A DNA stretch of 64,000 nt, from the IMG/VR virus record IMGVR_UViG_3300011008_000050. One strand, given 5' to 3'. This DNA comes from an uncultured virus (IMG/VR IMGVR_UViG_3300011008_000050). Its lineage: Duplodnaviria; Heunggongvirae; Uroviricota; Caudoviricetes. A program made the translations under genes and the position numbers. Each line of letters begins with the position of its first letter. The first letter of the stretch is position 1. The notes under the pieces are model-generated. The model saw only the letters and a list, made by a program, of their open reading frames with translations. It was not told the origin of the DNA and made no database searches. Below are positions 10,701 through 22,700 of the stretch, piece after piece.

Positions 10701-13700
10701 ACTACAAGAAAGGTCATGTGAAGATTGAAGGCTTTGATGTCACTATTGAGAATCCGCGTGGCTCTGAGCGAAGCGGCACTGATGCCAATGGTCATGAGTG
10801 GCGGCAGAGGATGAATAACACCTATGGCTATATTCGTGGCACAGAAGGTGTGGATGGCGACCATATCGACGTGTTCCTCAGTGACAGCCCTGAGAGTGGC
10901 AATGTGTATGTGATAGACCAACGCAAAGCCGATGGCTCATTTGATGAGCATAAGGTGATGTATGGTTTTGGTAGCGCAGACGAAGCCCGTGCCGCGTATC
11001 TCTCCAACTATGAAGAAGGTTGGCAGGGTCTTGGTGCCATTACCGAGGTAAGCAAGGACGAGTTTAAGAAGTGGATAGATAGCAGCCACAGAAAAACGAA
11101 GCCCTTTGCCGAGTATAAGAGCGTGAAAACGTTGGGTGACACACAACTTGGCGAGGGTGCTGCTGTGGTACAGCAGCCTACGGAACAATCGGAAGAGCCT
11201 CAGCCTGTAGGCCGTGGTGTGTTCGGCAATATCTATGACCAATTCAAGGGCAAGGCCAAGGAAGCCATAGCGTTCCTACGAAAAAGAAAGGAAGGTGTAG
11301 CAAAGGGCGCACTTCATCATCGGCAAGTCGGTGACATTGATGTTGTATGGGGTGACGAGAATCGTGGCCTTGCTCATATTGACAACAAACATACAGATGT
11401 CGCAACTCGCTTGCAAGAAGTTCTCGATGGTATGAGTGTTGTAAGTACTTCCGAAAACCGTATTGTTCTTGATAGCCCCACTCATAGAGCGGTCGTTAGC
11501 AAAGATTGGTATGGTGAACCCGTGGATAACTGGCTACTGACTGCTTACGGAAAAAAGAATGGCGTTTCAGGCGGTAGTATTGACATCGTTCCTGAACCCG
11601 AAGGCAAGCAGAATGGCACAGCTCCTCTGCAAAACGCCAGTCCTTCAAATAGTGTTTCTGCTAATACGACGGACACTAACAGAACCGCTGTTGACGGCAA
11701 GCGGAATGACACTGCTACTCCGCAAAACACTGTTTCTGAGGGCAAAGGTAATGATATTTCTGCATCCGAGCAAGGAAATGCGGAAAAATCTGCTATTGAG
11801 CCAGAATTTGAGGCACGTTATCAGATTTCCCCAAAGCCCTATACTACCAAGCGCGGCAAAGTACTTGATATGCAGTTGGTGATGTTTCCTGACGAATTGA
11901 AAGATAAAGTGAACTGGACTAATGCCCGCCAGTTGGCAAAGGAATTGAAAGGTTGGTGGAGTCGTGAAGACGGTGGTTTCCTGATGCGTGATGCCGAGAC
12001 AGCCCAGCAACTTGCCGACACCGTTCTGTCTCAGATTGGCAACAATGATGCAATGGAGCAGCAACTTCGTGACGAACGCCTTTCGTTGTCGGACATGGCT
12101 CTTGCTACTGACGAGGCACAGAATGTTGAGGCCGTTGATGCACAACAGGAAGCCGATGCATTGACTCAGCAGCCTCCACAAGAGGCGCAGGGAAGTATGG
12201 CAGATAATGGGTACGGTGCCAACAATACTTTGGTGAGCCGTGACCGATACGAGGAATTGAAGGAGCGTATGCGCAAGAAGATGTTGGGACAGCTCAACAT
12301 GGGCATTGACCCTGAAATCCTTGCTATTGGCACAGAAATGGCTGCATTCCATATTGAGGCAGGAGCGAGGAAGTTTGCCGACTTCGCCAAAAAGATGATT
12401 GAAGACCTTGGCGATGCCATCCGTCCATATCTGAAATCCTTCTATAACGGTGCAAGGGAGTTGCCCGAAGTGGGGGATGCAGGGTATAGTGAGGAAATGA
12501 GTCCTTATGATGAGGTAAGGGCGTTTGATGTTCTTTCTCTCGGTGGCGAAACCACCGAGCACAGTACACCAACGGTGTTTGAGAGAGCCGAGGAGGTGAC
12601 AAAGGAACTGGATGCTGAGCGTCAGGCAGAGGAAGCCAAAGAGAAGATTGCGGAGTCGAAGCCTAAGACCACCCCCAACCCACTTCGCCCGGCCACAGAA
12701 GCCGACTTTGACAATGCCCATCCCGTTGTTTACTACGATGGCAAGCCCTACGGTGTTATTGCCGTTATGCATAGTGGTGAGCAGATTAGCGCAACCCAAT
12801 TCAGCCAGCCCCACATAGAAAGTATTGTGCTTACCAATGGCAAGAGTGTGAATCTTGACAATCTGCAAGTTTTTGATGAAGCCACCGCAGCGACCCAAAG
12901 AATACGGGAAATTGCAGAAAAAAACTCGATATCGGAACAAAAACGTGGAAAATCCACGCCATCAAAGAAAAAAAGAGTATCTTTGCAGCAGGAACCCGAC
13001 CTTTTCGGCAACTCCTTCAATGAAGAATCCACAAGTGTAGAATCTCAAAACAAAAACGATAATGATAGACTACGAAGAACTGAAACGGCAGTACGAAGCA
13101 GCCGAGGACAAGGAGAAGGAGCGCCAGCGCCAGCGCAGACTGATAGAGGTGGAGAACTACCGTCGGAGTCTGGAGGCTCGCAACTTCAGCAAGGAGCAGA
13201 TAGACAGGGAAGTGCGGGATTACAAGATAGACGCAGCCCTGATGGATTATCGCAGGGAGAATCAGTTGAGTCCAGGAGAGATGACAACGGAGGACTGGAC
13301 TCAGGTTTACAAGAACGCCGGAATGACGGACGAAGAGATAGCAGCGTACAGGGCAGAGATGAGCAAGTACGCAGCAGCTCTGGACGACCCGTTGGATATG
13401 TATCGCAGTTAACAGAAAATCTTTCAGGAGTGCCTAACGGAGATACACGTGGCTCCGTTAGGCCGGGCAGTTCAAATATTCGACGCAGTGAAAGCGAGAG
13501 AGGCAAAAGTGACGCGCCTCTCTCGCCAGTGAGCAACCCCAAGAACTTACGGAATAACCATGCGGAACGTGGCAAGGACTACGCTCCCCGTGGTGTTGAT
13601 GCCCGCATTGATGCCAACATCAAGGCCATTGAGTTGATGAAACAACTCATGGATAGTGGTGAGCAAGCCACCCCTGAACAGATGGCCGTGTTACGTCAGT

Positions 13701-16700
13701 TCAGCGGTTGGGGTGGTCTTGGCAAGGCCTTTGAGAACTATACCGCCCACACCAACGGCAAGCCTACCCCTCAGTATTTGCGTGAGTTGTTAGGTGAAGA
13801 AGCCTACCAACAGGCCAATATGAGCCGTAATAGTGCCTACTACACCCCTGCCAATGTGATTGATGCCCTTTGGGACGTAGCCCGTGCAATGGGCTTCAAA
13901 GGTGGCAGGGTGCTTGAAGGTAGTGCTGGTATCGGCAATATCCTTGGCCTCATGCCCACCGACATGAGTGAGCGCAGCGACATCCATGCCGTTGAGATAG
14001 ACCCAACGACGGGCAACATCCTTAGTCTGCTCTATCCTGATGCGAAGGTCGATGTGCAGGGTTTTGAGGCGACACAGGTAGAGAACGGCAGTGTCGATTT
14101 GGCTATTACCAATGTTCCGTTTGTCACAGGCTTGCGTGTGAATGACACGACAGGCGACAAAGACCTTAGCAAGAAGTTCCACGACATTCACGACTTCTGT
14201 ATTGCCAAGAATGTGCGTAAGTTGAGAGAGGGCGGCATGGGTATCTTCATCACCTCATCAGGCACACTTGACAACAGCGCGAGACTAAGGCAGTGGATTA
14301 TTCAGGAAGGCGGTGCTGATGTTGTAGGTGCTTTCCGCCTGAACAACGAGACTTTTGGCGGTACTGGTGCCACTTCTGACATTATAGTTATCCGCAAGCG
14401 AGTGAATGGCAAGGTGTCACCCCATGCCATTGACGTACTATCCACCACTGGTGAACGGACAGCCGAGTATGACACAGGGGAGAGCAAGCGCGTGAAGGGT
14501 GAGGAAATCCCCATCATCAAGCAGTTGTCGATGGACTATAACAGTTACTTTGTTGAGCATCCTGAAATGATGGGTGGCGAAATGCACTTCGGCTTTGAGA
14601 AGGGCGAGACATTCAGGCCAACAAGCAAGGCACTCTATCCCGTGAAAGGAAAGAACCAGGCAGAGTTGTTGAAGTCATGGGTAAGTAGTTTTGCAGGTAA
14701 AGAATGGGTGAATGCTGAAACCTCACGGCAGAACCGTGAGGCACACGACGTGGTGTATGAAGAGCTTGGCGAAGGTGTGAAAGAGGGCAGCATGGTTGTG
14801 AGCAATGGCCAGTTGTGCATTGCCCAGCGCGGCAAGGCTGTTCCCTTGGCCGTTAATGCCAACAAGGTTAAGGGTCATAGCAAGGTAGAGTGCTTTGAAG
14901 CCTATCAGGGTATCAAGAAAGCCCTTTCCGACTTGCTCCAGTACCAGACCGACGTTGAGGATGATTCGGGTTTGCAGCCTTTGTTGAAAGCCCTGAATAA
15001 AGCCTACGACGATTTTGTGAAGACCTATGGGCATCTTCACAAGAACACCTCTATCTCCTTCCTAAAGAGTGACGTTGATTTTGCCAACATCCTTGCTTTG
15101 GAGAAATTCAGCGAGAGAGGCGACTTGAAGACAGGTAAGCGCATACAGGAGTTTGGCAAAACCGACATCTTCAGTCAGCGAGTTGTGGAAAAGGAGAAAG
15201 CTCCAGAACCAACCAACGTGAAAGATGGTATCATTGCCAGTATCTATGTTTATGGTAGGGTTGATGTTCCTTGGATAACGGAGCAACTCAGCGGCAAAAC
15301 TGCTGAGCACACTACGCTCACAGAGGACGATGTGAAAGCCGAGATTGTCAGGTCTGGACTTGGCTTTGAAAATCCCGTCACCCGTCAGATGGAAGTGAGT
15401 TATGAGTATCTGAGTGGCAATGTGCGTGAGAAGTTGGCACAAGCTACCCAGAATAACAGCAACGGCCAGTATGATGCCAACATCAAGGCACTGGAGAAAG
15501 TGATTCCTGACAACATTCCTGCCCACCTTATCGACTTTAGCATTGGTTCCTCATGGATAGACCCCAAGTTGTACGAGGAATATGTGAAGGAGAAAACCGA
15601 CATTGACGTTACCTTCACTTCTGCTGGTGGCACATGGTTCATGCGGACACCTTACTCTGTTAGTGAACAGAAGAACCGTGCGATGGGTGTTGTGAGTGAA
15701 TTGCTTCACAAGACCATCATGGGTACGCAACTCATTGAAGCCGCCATGCAGAACAAGACCATCACCGTTAGCGAGACGCACAAGAAATGGGATGGCAGTA
15801 CCGAGACCATCACCGACAAGGAAGCCACGCAAGCCTGTTCCAACAAGATAGACGAGATACGTCAGGACTTCAAGGAGTGGGCAAGAGCGAAGATGCAAAG
15901 TGACCCTGCCATGAGTGAGCATATTGAGCGTATCTATAATGACATGTTCAATAATTATGCGCCCATGAAGATTGAGGATACTTTTGTTCCTATTCATTTT
16001 GCTGGTGCCAGCAAGAAGATAACCCTTGACCCTCATCAGAGTCATGCCGCGATGCGTGCCGTTTTGCAGCCCGTGATGCTTGCGCATGAAGTTGGTGCTG
16101 GCAAGACTTTCACGTTGATAACAGCTGCGATGGAAATGCGCCGCCTTGGTACAGCAAAGAAGCCCATGATAGTTGTACAAAATGCAACAGTCGGACAGTT
16201 TGTTGAGAGTGCCAAGGAGTTGTACCTAAGTGCCAAGGTGTTGACTATTGAAGAAGCAGACCGCACGGCAGAGGGCAGAAAGAACTTCTATGCCAAAATC
16301 AAGTATAATGATTGGGACATGATAGTTGTACCTCAGAGTGTCTTTGAGCGTATTCCTGACAGTGAAGAGCGTCAGATGAAGTTCGTTCAGGATAAGATTG
16401 AGGAAAAGATGCTGGTGCTGGAGCAGATGCGCGATGCCGACCCTGACAGCAGCAGTTGGATTGTGAAGCAAGCCGAGAAGGAAATCAACAAGTTGGAAGA
16501 CGAGTTGGCCGGCCTGACGGATTCCATCAGCAGCAAGCGCAAGGAGCGTGACGAGAAGAAAGAGGCCGTGACCCGTCAGAATGCCGAGGTGAAAGCGTTG
16601 GAAATGCTCGACCGTCAGACCGACGATGTTGAAAACTTCGATGATATGGGCATTGATGCCATCTTGGTAGATGAAGCCCACGAATATAAGCACCTTGGCT

Positions 16701-19700
16701 TTGCCACAGCTATGCAGCGAGGCGTGAAGGGTGTTGACCCCTCTTATAGCAAGAAGGCGCAGGGTGTCTATTTGAAGACTCAGGCCGTGTTGGAAAAGAA
16801 CAACGGTCGTAATGTTGTTTTTGCTACTGGCACCCCCATCAGCAACACCGCAGCCGAGATCTGGACTTTCATGCGTTACTTGATGCCAGCCGACACGATG
16901 AAGGAATACGGCATCTATTATTTCGATGATTTTGTGAGGAACTTCGGCAACCTTCAACAAATGCTTGAGTTTACGACAAGCGGAAAGTTCAAGGAGAGTA
17001 ACAGGTTTGCAGGTTATGTGAATCTTCCTGAGCTTGTGCGTATCTGGGCAGGTGTTGCGGACACTATGACTCAGAAGGAGATTGAGGAATACAGGAAAAA
17101 GATGGGTAAGCCAACGAAGATTCCGCGCACCGAATTGTTATATGACAATGGCGACAACAAGGCCGAAGACATCTATCTGCCTCAGACGAGAGCTTTACGC
17201 AGTGTGATGAAGTATGTCAAGAAGAGGTTGGATGATTTTGACAAGATGAGCGGCAAGGAGAAGAAGGAAAACAGCCACATTCCTTTGACGATGTACGGTA
17301 TTGCTAAGGCAGCAGCCGTTGATGCCCGTTTGGTTGTGAGTGATGCAGCCGACGAACCTCAGAGCAAGACCAATGAAGCCGTGCGTCAGACTCTACGTAG
17401 CCTCCGCGAAACGGAGTCCTACAGCGGAACGGTTGCCCTGTTTGCCGACAATTATCAGAACAAGAAGAGTGGCTTCAACCTCTATGAAGACATCCGTGAG
17501 AAACTGATAGCGCAGGGCGTTCCAGCTGAGCAGATTGTTGTCATGAAGAGCGGCATGAGCGTTAAGAAAAAGCTGGAAATCTTTGACAAGGTGAACCGTG
17601 GCGAGATTCGTGTCATTATGGGCAGTACCTTTACGCTTGGCACTGGTGTGAACATACAGGAGCGTTTGCACACCCTCATTCATTTGGATGCCCCTAACCG
17701 TCCTATGGACTATACACAGCGCAATGGCCGTATCTTGCGACAGGGCAACTTACATAAAGAAATGGGCAAGCCTGTGAGAGTGTTGCGTTTTGGTGTTGAG
17801 GATAGTTTGGACGTGACCGCCTATCAGCGTTTGAAGACGAAGGGAGCCATTGCCGACAGCATCATGAATGGCAAACAGATGATGAGCAATTCGATGGAGA
17901 ACCGTGTACTGGAAGAGGAAGAAGATGTTTTTGGTGATACCGTTGCGCAGTTGTCCGGATCTGAGTATGCCATGCTGAAGAACCAGGCCGAGAAAGACGT
18001 TCGCAAGTATGAGGCCAAGAAGAAGCAGTACCAGGCCGACCAAACGTATTGCCACAATGAGATTCCACGGTTAGATGGTGAAATCAGGGCATGGAAAGAG
18101 CGGTTAGACAAGTACCGCAAGAACCTTGCTATTGTTGAGGCCGTGCCTCAACATACAGAACCTTCTATTACCGTAGGCAAGCAGACCTTCCCATCTATTG
18201 AGGCAATGGCCGACTTCATCAAGGAATATAACAAGAGCATCAAGGAAGCCGAGAACGATCTGAGGGACAATCCATCATTGCACTCACAGACCCGTCGGCT
18301 GACGGTGAATGTCGGTGGCATTGACTTTGTGTTTACTACAGAGCAGAATGTAGAGACCAAGGAAGACCAAGGCACCCTGTTCAGTGCTGTTCGCAGGAAG
18401 ATGACCTATTCCTGTGAAGCCCTTGGCCTTACCGATGTTCCTGTTCGCCAGTCTTTGCTCCGTGAAGGTCTTGAAGACATTGTGAAGAATGTTATCAGTG
18501 GTCAGGACTTCCGCGAGGGCATTGAGCGTAGTGAGCGTATCATTGATAAGAATGAGAAGTCTCTCGCCCAAGTCCGTGAACGTCATGGTAAGCCGTTTGA
18601 GTTTGAAAAGGAACTGGAACAGGCACATGAGCGTTTTGACGAATATTCCGAGTTGATGAAGAAGGAACTGGAAGAGAAAGAAAAGAAGTATGCCGAAATG
18701 GATGCCGATGTGGAGGACGTTGATGTTAATGAAGCTGCAGAGGTTGAGGATGAGGATACGGTAGGTGATGAAGATGTGCGGTTCAAGGATGGCGGAGGAC
18801 GTGATGAAGGTGTGGCGCAGGTGCGCAGACGTTTTGACGAGCTTAACAGTCAGTATTCTGGTAAGGCATTTGATGTTGTTGTGCTGGATGAGTTGTCGGA
18901 TGATGAGGTGCTGGATTTGCTTGGTGCTACAGCAGAGGAAAGGGAAGAAATCACTCCAGAAGAAGTTGAAAAGGTAAGAGATTGGTTAAAGAATGGAAAA
19001 AGATATGCTTCTTATAATTCTTTGACAGGAAAAATCATTATCTTTGCCGACAAAGTTCCAGAAGGTAAGGAAGAGGAGGCTTTCTTCCACGAGAATATTC
19101 ATGGTGTACTGCGTGACTTGTATGGTGATGGTGTGCGCCCTGTAGCAGAACTTTTCTGGGAGATAGCCCCTGATAATGGCCTTGTGAGCCGGGACTTTGT
19201 CAAACGAAACTACGAGTCTGCCAAGCAGAAGGAAGAGTATTTCGTTTACTGGCTTAGCCGTGCTATGGTAAAAGGCCGTGTAGATGAGGAACTTGATTTG
19301 CTTGGCAAAGAAGAAACTAATATAAAAGACTATGGACAAGGAACAGAAGAAAATGGAGAAGCCAATCGACCCGAGGTACAGGAAGAAGAAGTCGGAAACT
19401 CTTCTGGAATGGGTTCAGAGACTGGAGAAAGACGGCGTGATAGAGTTCTTCGGGGAGTTCGATTAGAATCCAGTTCTGTCAGAGGAATCAGGGATGTTGT
19501 AGTCGGCATTCTTAATTCAATTGGCTATGAGCCGTCACTGGAGGCAGAGCGTCGGTTGGATATGGATAGCGGCGTTAATTCTGCCACAGGCATTCCTGGC
19601 GGAGCATTGAGCCGTTTGGCTGGTTCTTATGAGCCGAGGACAGCGACTCGGCGTTATACACGGGCTGAGCAGTCGGCTTACGTGGAGCGTAAGCTGAAGC

Positions 19701-22700
19701 AGTTGCGGCGTGCAGCCACGGAACTGGTAGAAAAGCTGGGTCTAACCGGGCGTGTAACTATTCTTGATTCGGACGAAGGTCTGGGTAAGCGTTATCAAGG
19801 CAAACGCGGCTGGTATGATGAAAAGAAGGGCACGATAACCGTTGTGCTGGGTAATCATAGTGGTAAACTCGACGTATTGGAGACTGTGCTGCATGAAGGT
19901 GTGGCGCATTATGGTCTGCGTAGGTTGTTCGGTAGGAACTTTGACCAGTTCCTGGATAATGTGTTTGAGGCTGCTGAACCTGATGTGAGAGCACGGATTG
20001 TCAAGTTGGCAACAAGGCATAAGTGGGACTTCAGAATAGCTACTGAAGAGTATCTTGCTGATTTGGCTGAACGGATTGATTATAATGCTGTAGATAATGT
20101 GATGTTTGGCTGGTGGACGAGCATCAAGCGCATGTTCTTTAAGATGCTTGGCAAACTTGGCCTGAAAGATTTTGCAGATACGGGTATTGAACTGTCGGAT
20201 AATGAGCTTCGTTATATTCTCTGGCGGAGTTATCAGAATCTGGCGGAGCCTGGAAGATACAGAAATCCTTTCTCTGTGGCTAAGGATATGGATATGCAGC
20301 TGCGGTTAGGTGTGAGCAGCTATGACAAGGAACGTGCGCGGATACATAGTCTTGGCCGTATAGATGACAGTAGCAGGGTATTGGCAAATGCCGTTGCAGA
20401 AGGTGGAAACTTTGTGGCAGAACCACAGAGCACAGTGTTACGGTTCAGTGGCGGTGACCTGGAGGATGTAAATGCAAGATTCAATGAGCAGTTGGCTAAC
20501 TTTACTTTGGCTTCATCAGACGATTATGTGTTTGATTTGGGCTCACCTTCTTTACCTTTACTTGCTGCAGGGGTTGAGGATAAGCCTATTCGTCTTTATG
20601 GAAGCAAGGTTGCCGCGAAGATGAGAAAGCATGGCTTCAATGCTTCTGAACTTCGTGATTTACCATACGCAGTTGCGCATCCTATTGCTGTTTTTGACAA
20701 CTTAGGTAGAATCGGTAACCGTTCTGTTTTAACGGAGTTGCAAAAAGAGCGGGGTAATATCCTTGTAACAATAGATATTGGTAAAGGGACAGATGTTGAT
20801 TTTGACATTGTCAGCAGTGTGTTTGGCAAACGTGGCAGCAGTGTTGTTGAATGGATTAACAAAGGTTTTCTCCGATTTGTAGATAAAGAAAAAGCCCTGA
20901 ACTATTTGCACCTCTCCGCACCAATCGCGGAAGCCTCAAATAATCCAGAGCTTAATTCTGCGGCAAAGGTAGTGGAAGAGTTTGAGAATCCCAAACTTTT
21001 TGAGGAAAATCTTTCGGAGGATAGTAAAAAAGGTGGTGTTTTGTTCCGTGATGGCGATGGTGACTTCTCAGAGCGTGACCGTGCCATTGCCCGTGACCGT
21101 TATGAGAAGATGGTGTCCGAAGGTCTTTACCAGTTCCAAGAAGCGGTACAGGACTCCATGCTTGGCCTGAAGAAGCTCTATGATGCCATTCTTACTCCGA
21201 AAGGCAAGGTACACATGGAAGATGTTGAAGGCTACGAAAATGCCTATCTTGCGGAGAACAGGATGAGCAGTGTCAATGCAGCCGAGCAGCACGACTACTA
21301 TTTGCGGTTCATGCAACCTTTGTTGGAAGAGATTGGCAAGCTTACGAAACCCGCTGGCAAAACCAGCGGACACAGTAACGCCGCCCGCATTGCCTTGACC
21401 GATTACATGATGGCCAAGCATGGACTGGAGCGTAACAGGGTGTTTGCCGAGCGTGATGCCCGTGAGGTAGAGGCCAATGGTGGCGACTTTAACGAAGCCT
21501 ATCAGAATTTTAGGGAAAAGGACTATTCAGGTCTTACCGCCTTGACAGGTGAAAATGATGTCCTTGCAGCCGAGGATGCAGCCCAGCAGATAGTCGATGA
21601 TTACGAAGCTGCCTATGATACTGCCGACCTTTGGGATAGAACCCGTGAGGCCACACATGCCACACTGGAAAAGATATACCGAAGCGGTCTGTTGAGCAAG
21701 GAACGTTATGAGCAGATACGTGACATGTTCCAGTATTACATCCCCCTGCAAGGTTGGGACGAAACAACCAGTGATGAGGTGTACGGCTATCTTACGAGCA
21801 AGAGCGGCCCCTTTGGTGGCAGTCCCATCAAACATGCCGTAGGCCGTAGCAGCAAGGCCGACGACCCTGTTGCGACTATCGCCATGATGGCCGATGCCGC
21901 CATCCGTCAGGGCAACCGTAACCTGATGAAGCAGCGTTTCCTTAACTTTGTGCTGAATCATCCGAGTGACTTGGTGAGTGTTCGTGACCTTTGGCTGGAA
22001 TACGATGCTGTAGCCGATGAATGGGTTCCTGTATTTGCCGATATTGAAGACGGTGACACCGCAGCCGATGTTGAGCGCAAGGTGGAAGCGTTTGAGCAGC
22101 GCATGGAGCAACTTGCCGAGGCTGAGCCAGACCGTTACAAACGAGGCCGTGATGCACAGAGCATCCCCTATAAGGTAGTGAAAGGTAACATGAAAGAGCA
22201 TCAAGTATTGGTGAAGCGAGGTGGACGCACATACGTACTGACCATCAACGGCAATCCCCGTGCCGCCCAGGCATTGAACGGTCTGACCAATCCCGATGTG
22301 GAGCAAGGCGGTGCTGTCGGCAAGTTGCTGAAAGCCGGTGAATGGGTGAACCGTCACCTGAGTGCCTTCTATACGACCCGCTACCCCGATTTTGTTGTGA
22401 GTAACTTCTTCCGTGACATGCTTTATAGCAACTGCATGACATGGGTTAAGGAGAGTCCACGCTATGCCTTGCGCTATCACAAGAACTTCGGCATGGTAGC
22501 CAATCCCGTCATGATGAGAAGACTTCTTGGGAAATGGGAGCATGGCACACTCGACAGAAACAAACGGCTTGAAGAAATGTTCTACCAGTTCATGATGAAT
22601 GGCGGTGAGACAGGCTACACCAGTGTCCGTGACATCGAGGAACACAAGCGGGAGATTGCGAAGGAGTTGAAGAAGCAAGGCAGCATGAGCCGCAAAGCAT

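Noticed and set aside
6461..22678. Long antisense ORFs opposite the giant gene (e.g. 11645-12940, 21527-22678)
   Set aside because: Shadow ORFs of the sense codon bias with no recognisable motifs.
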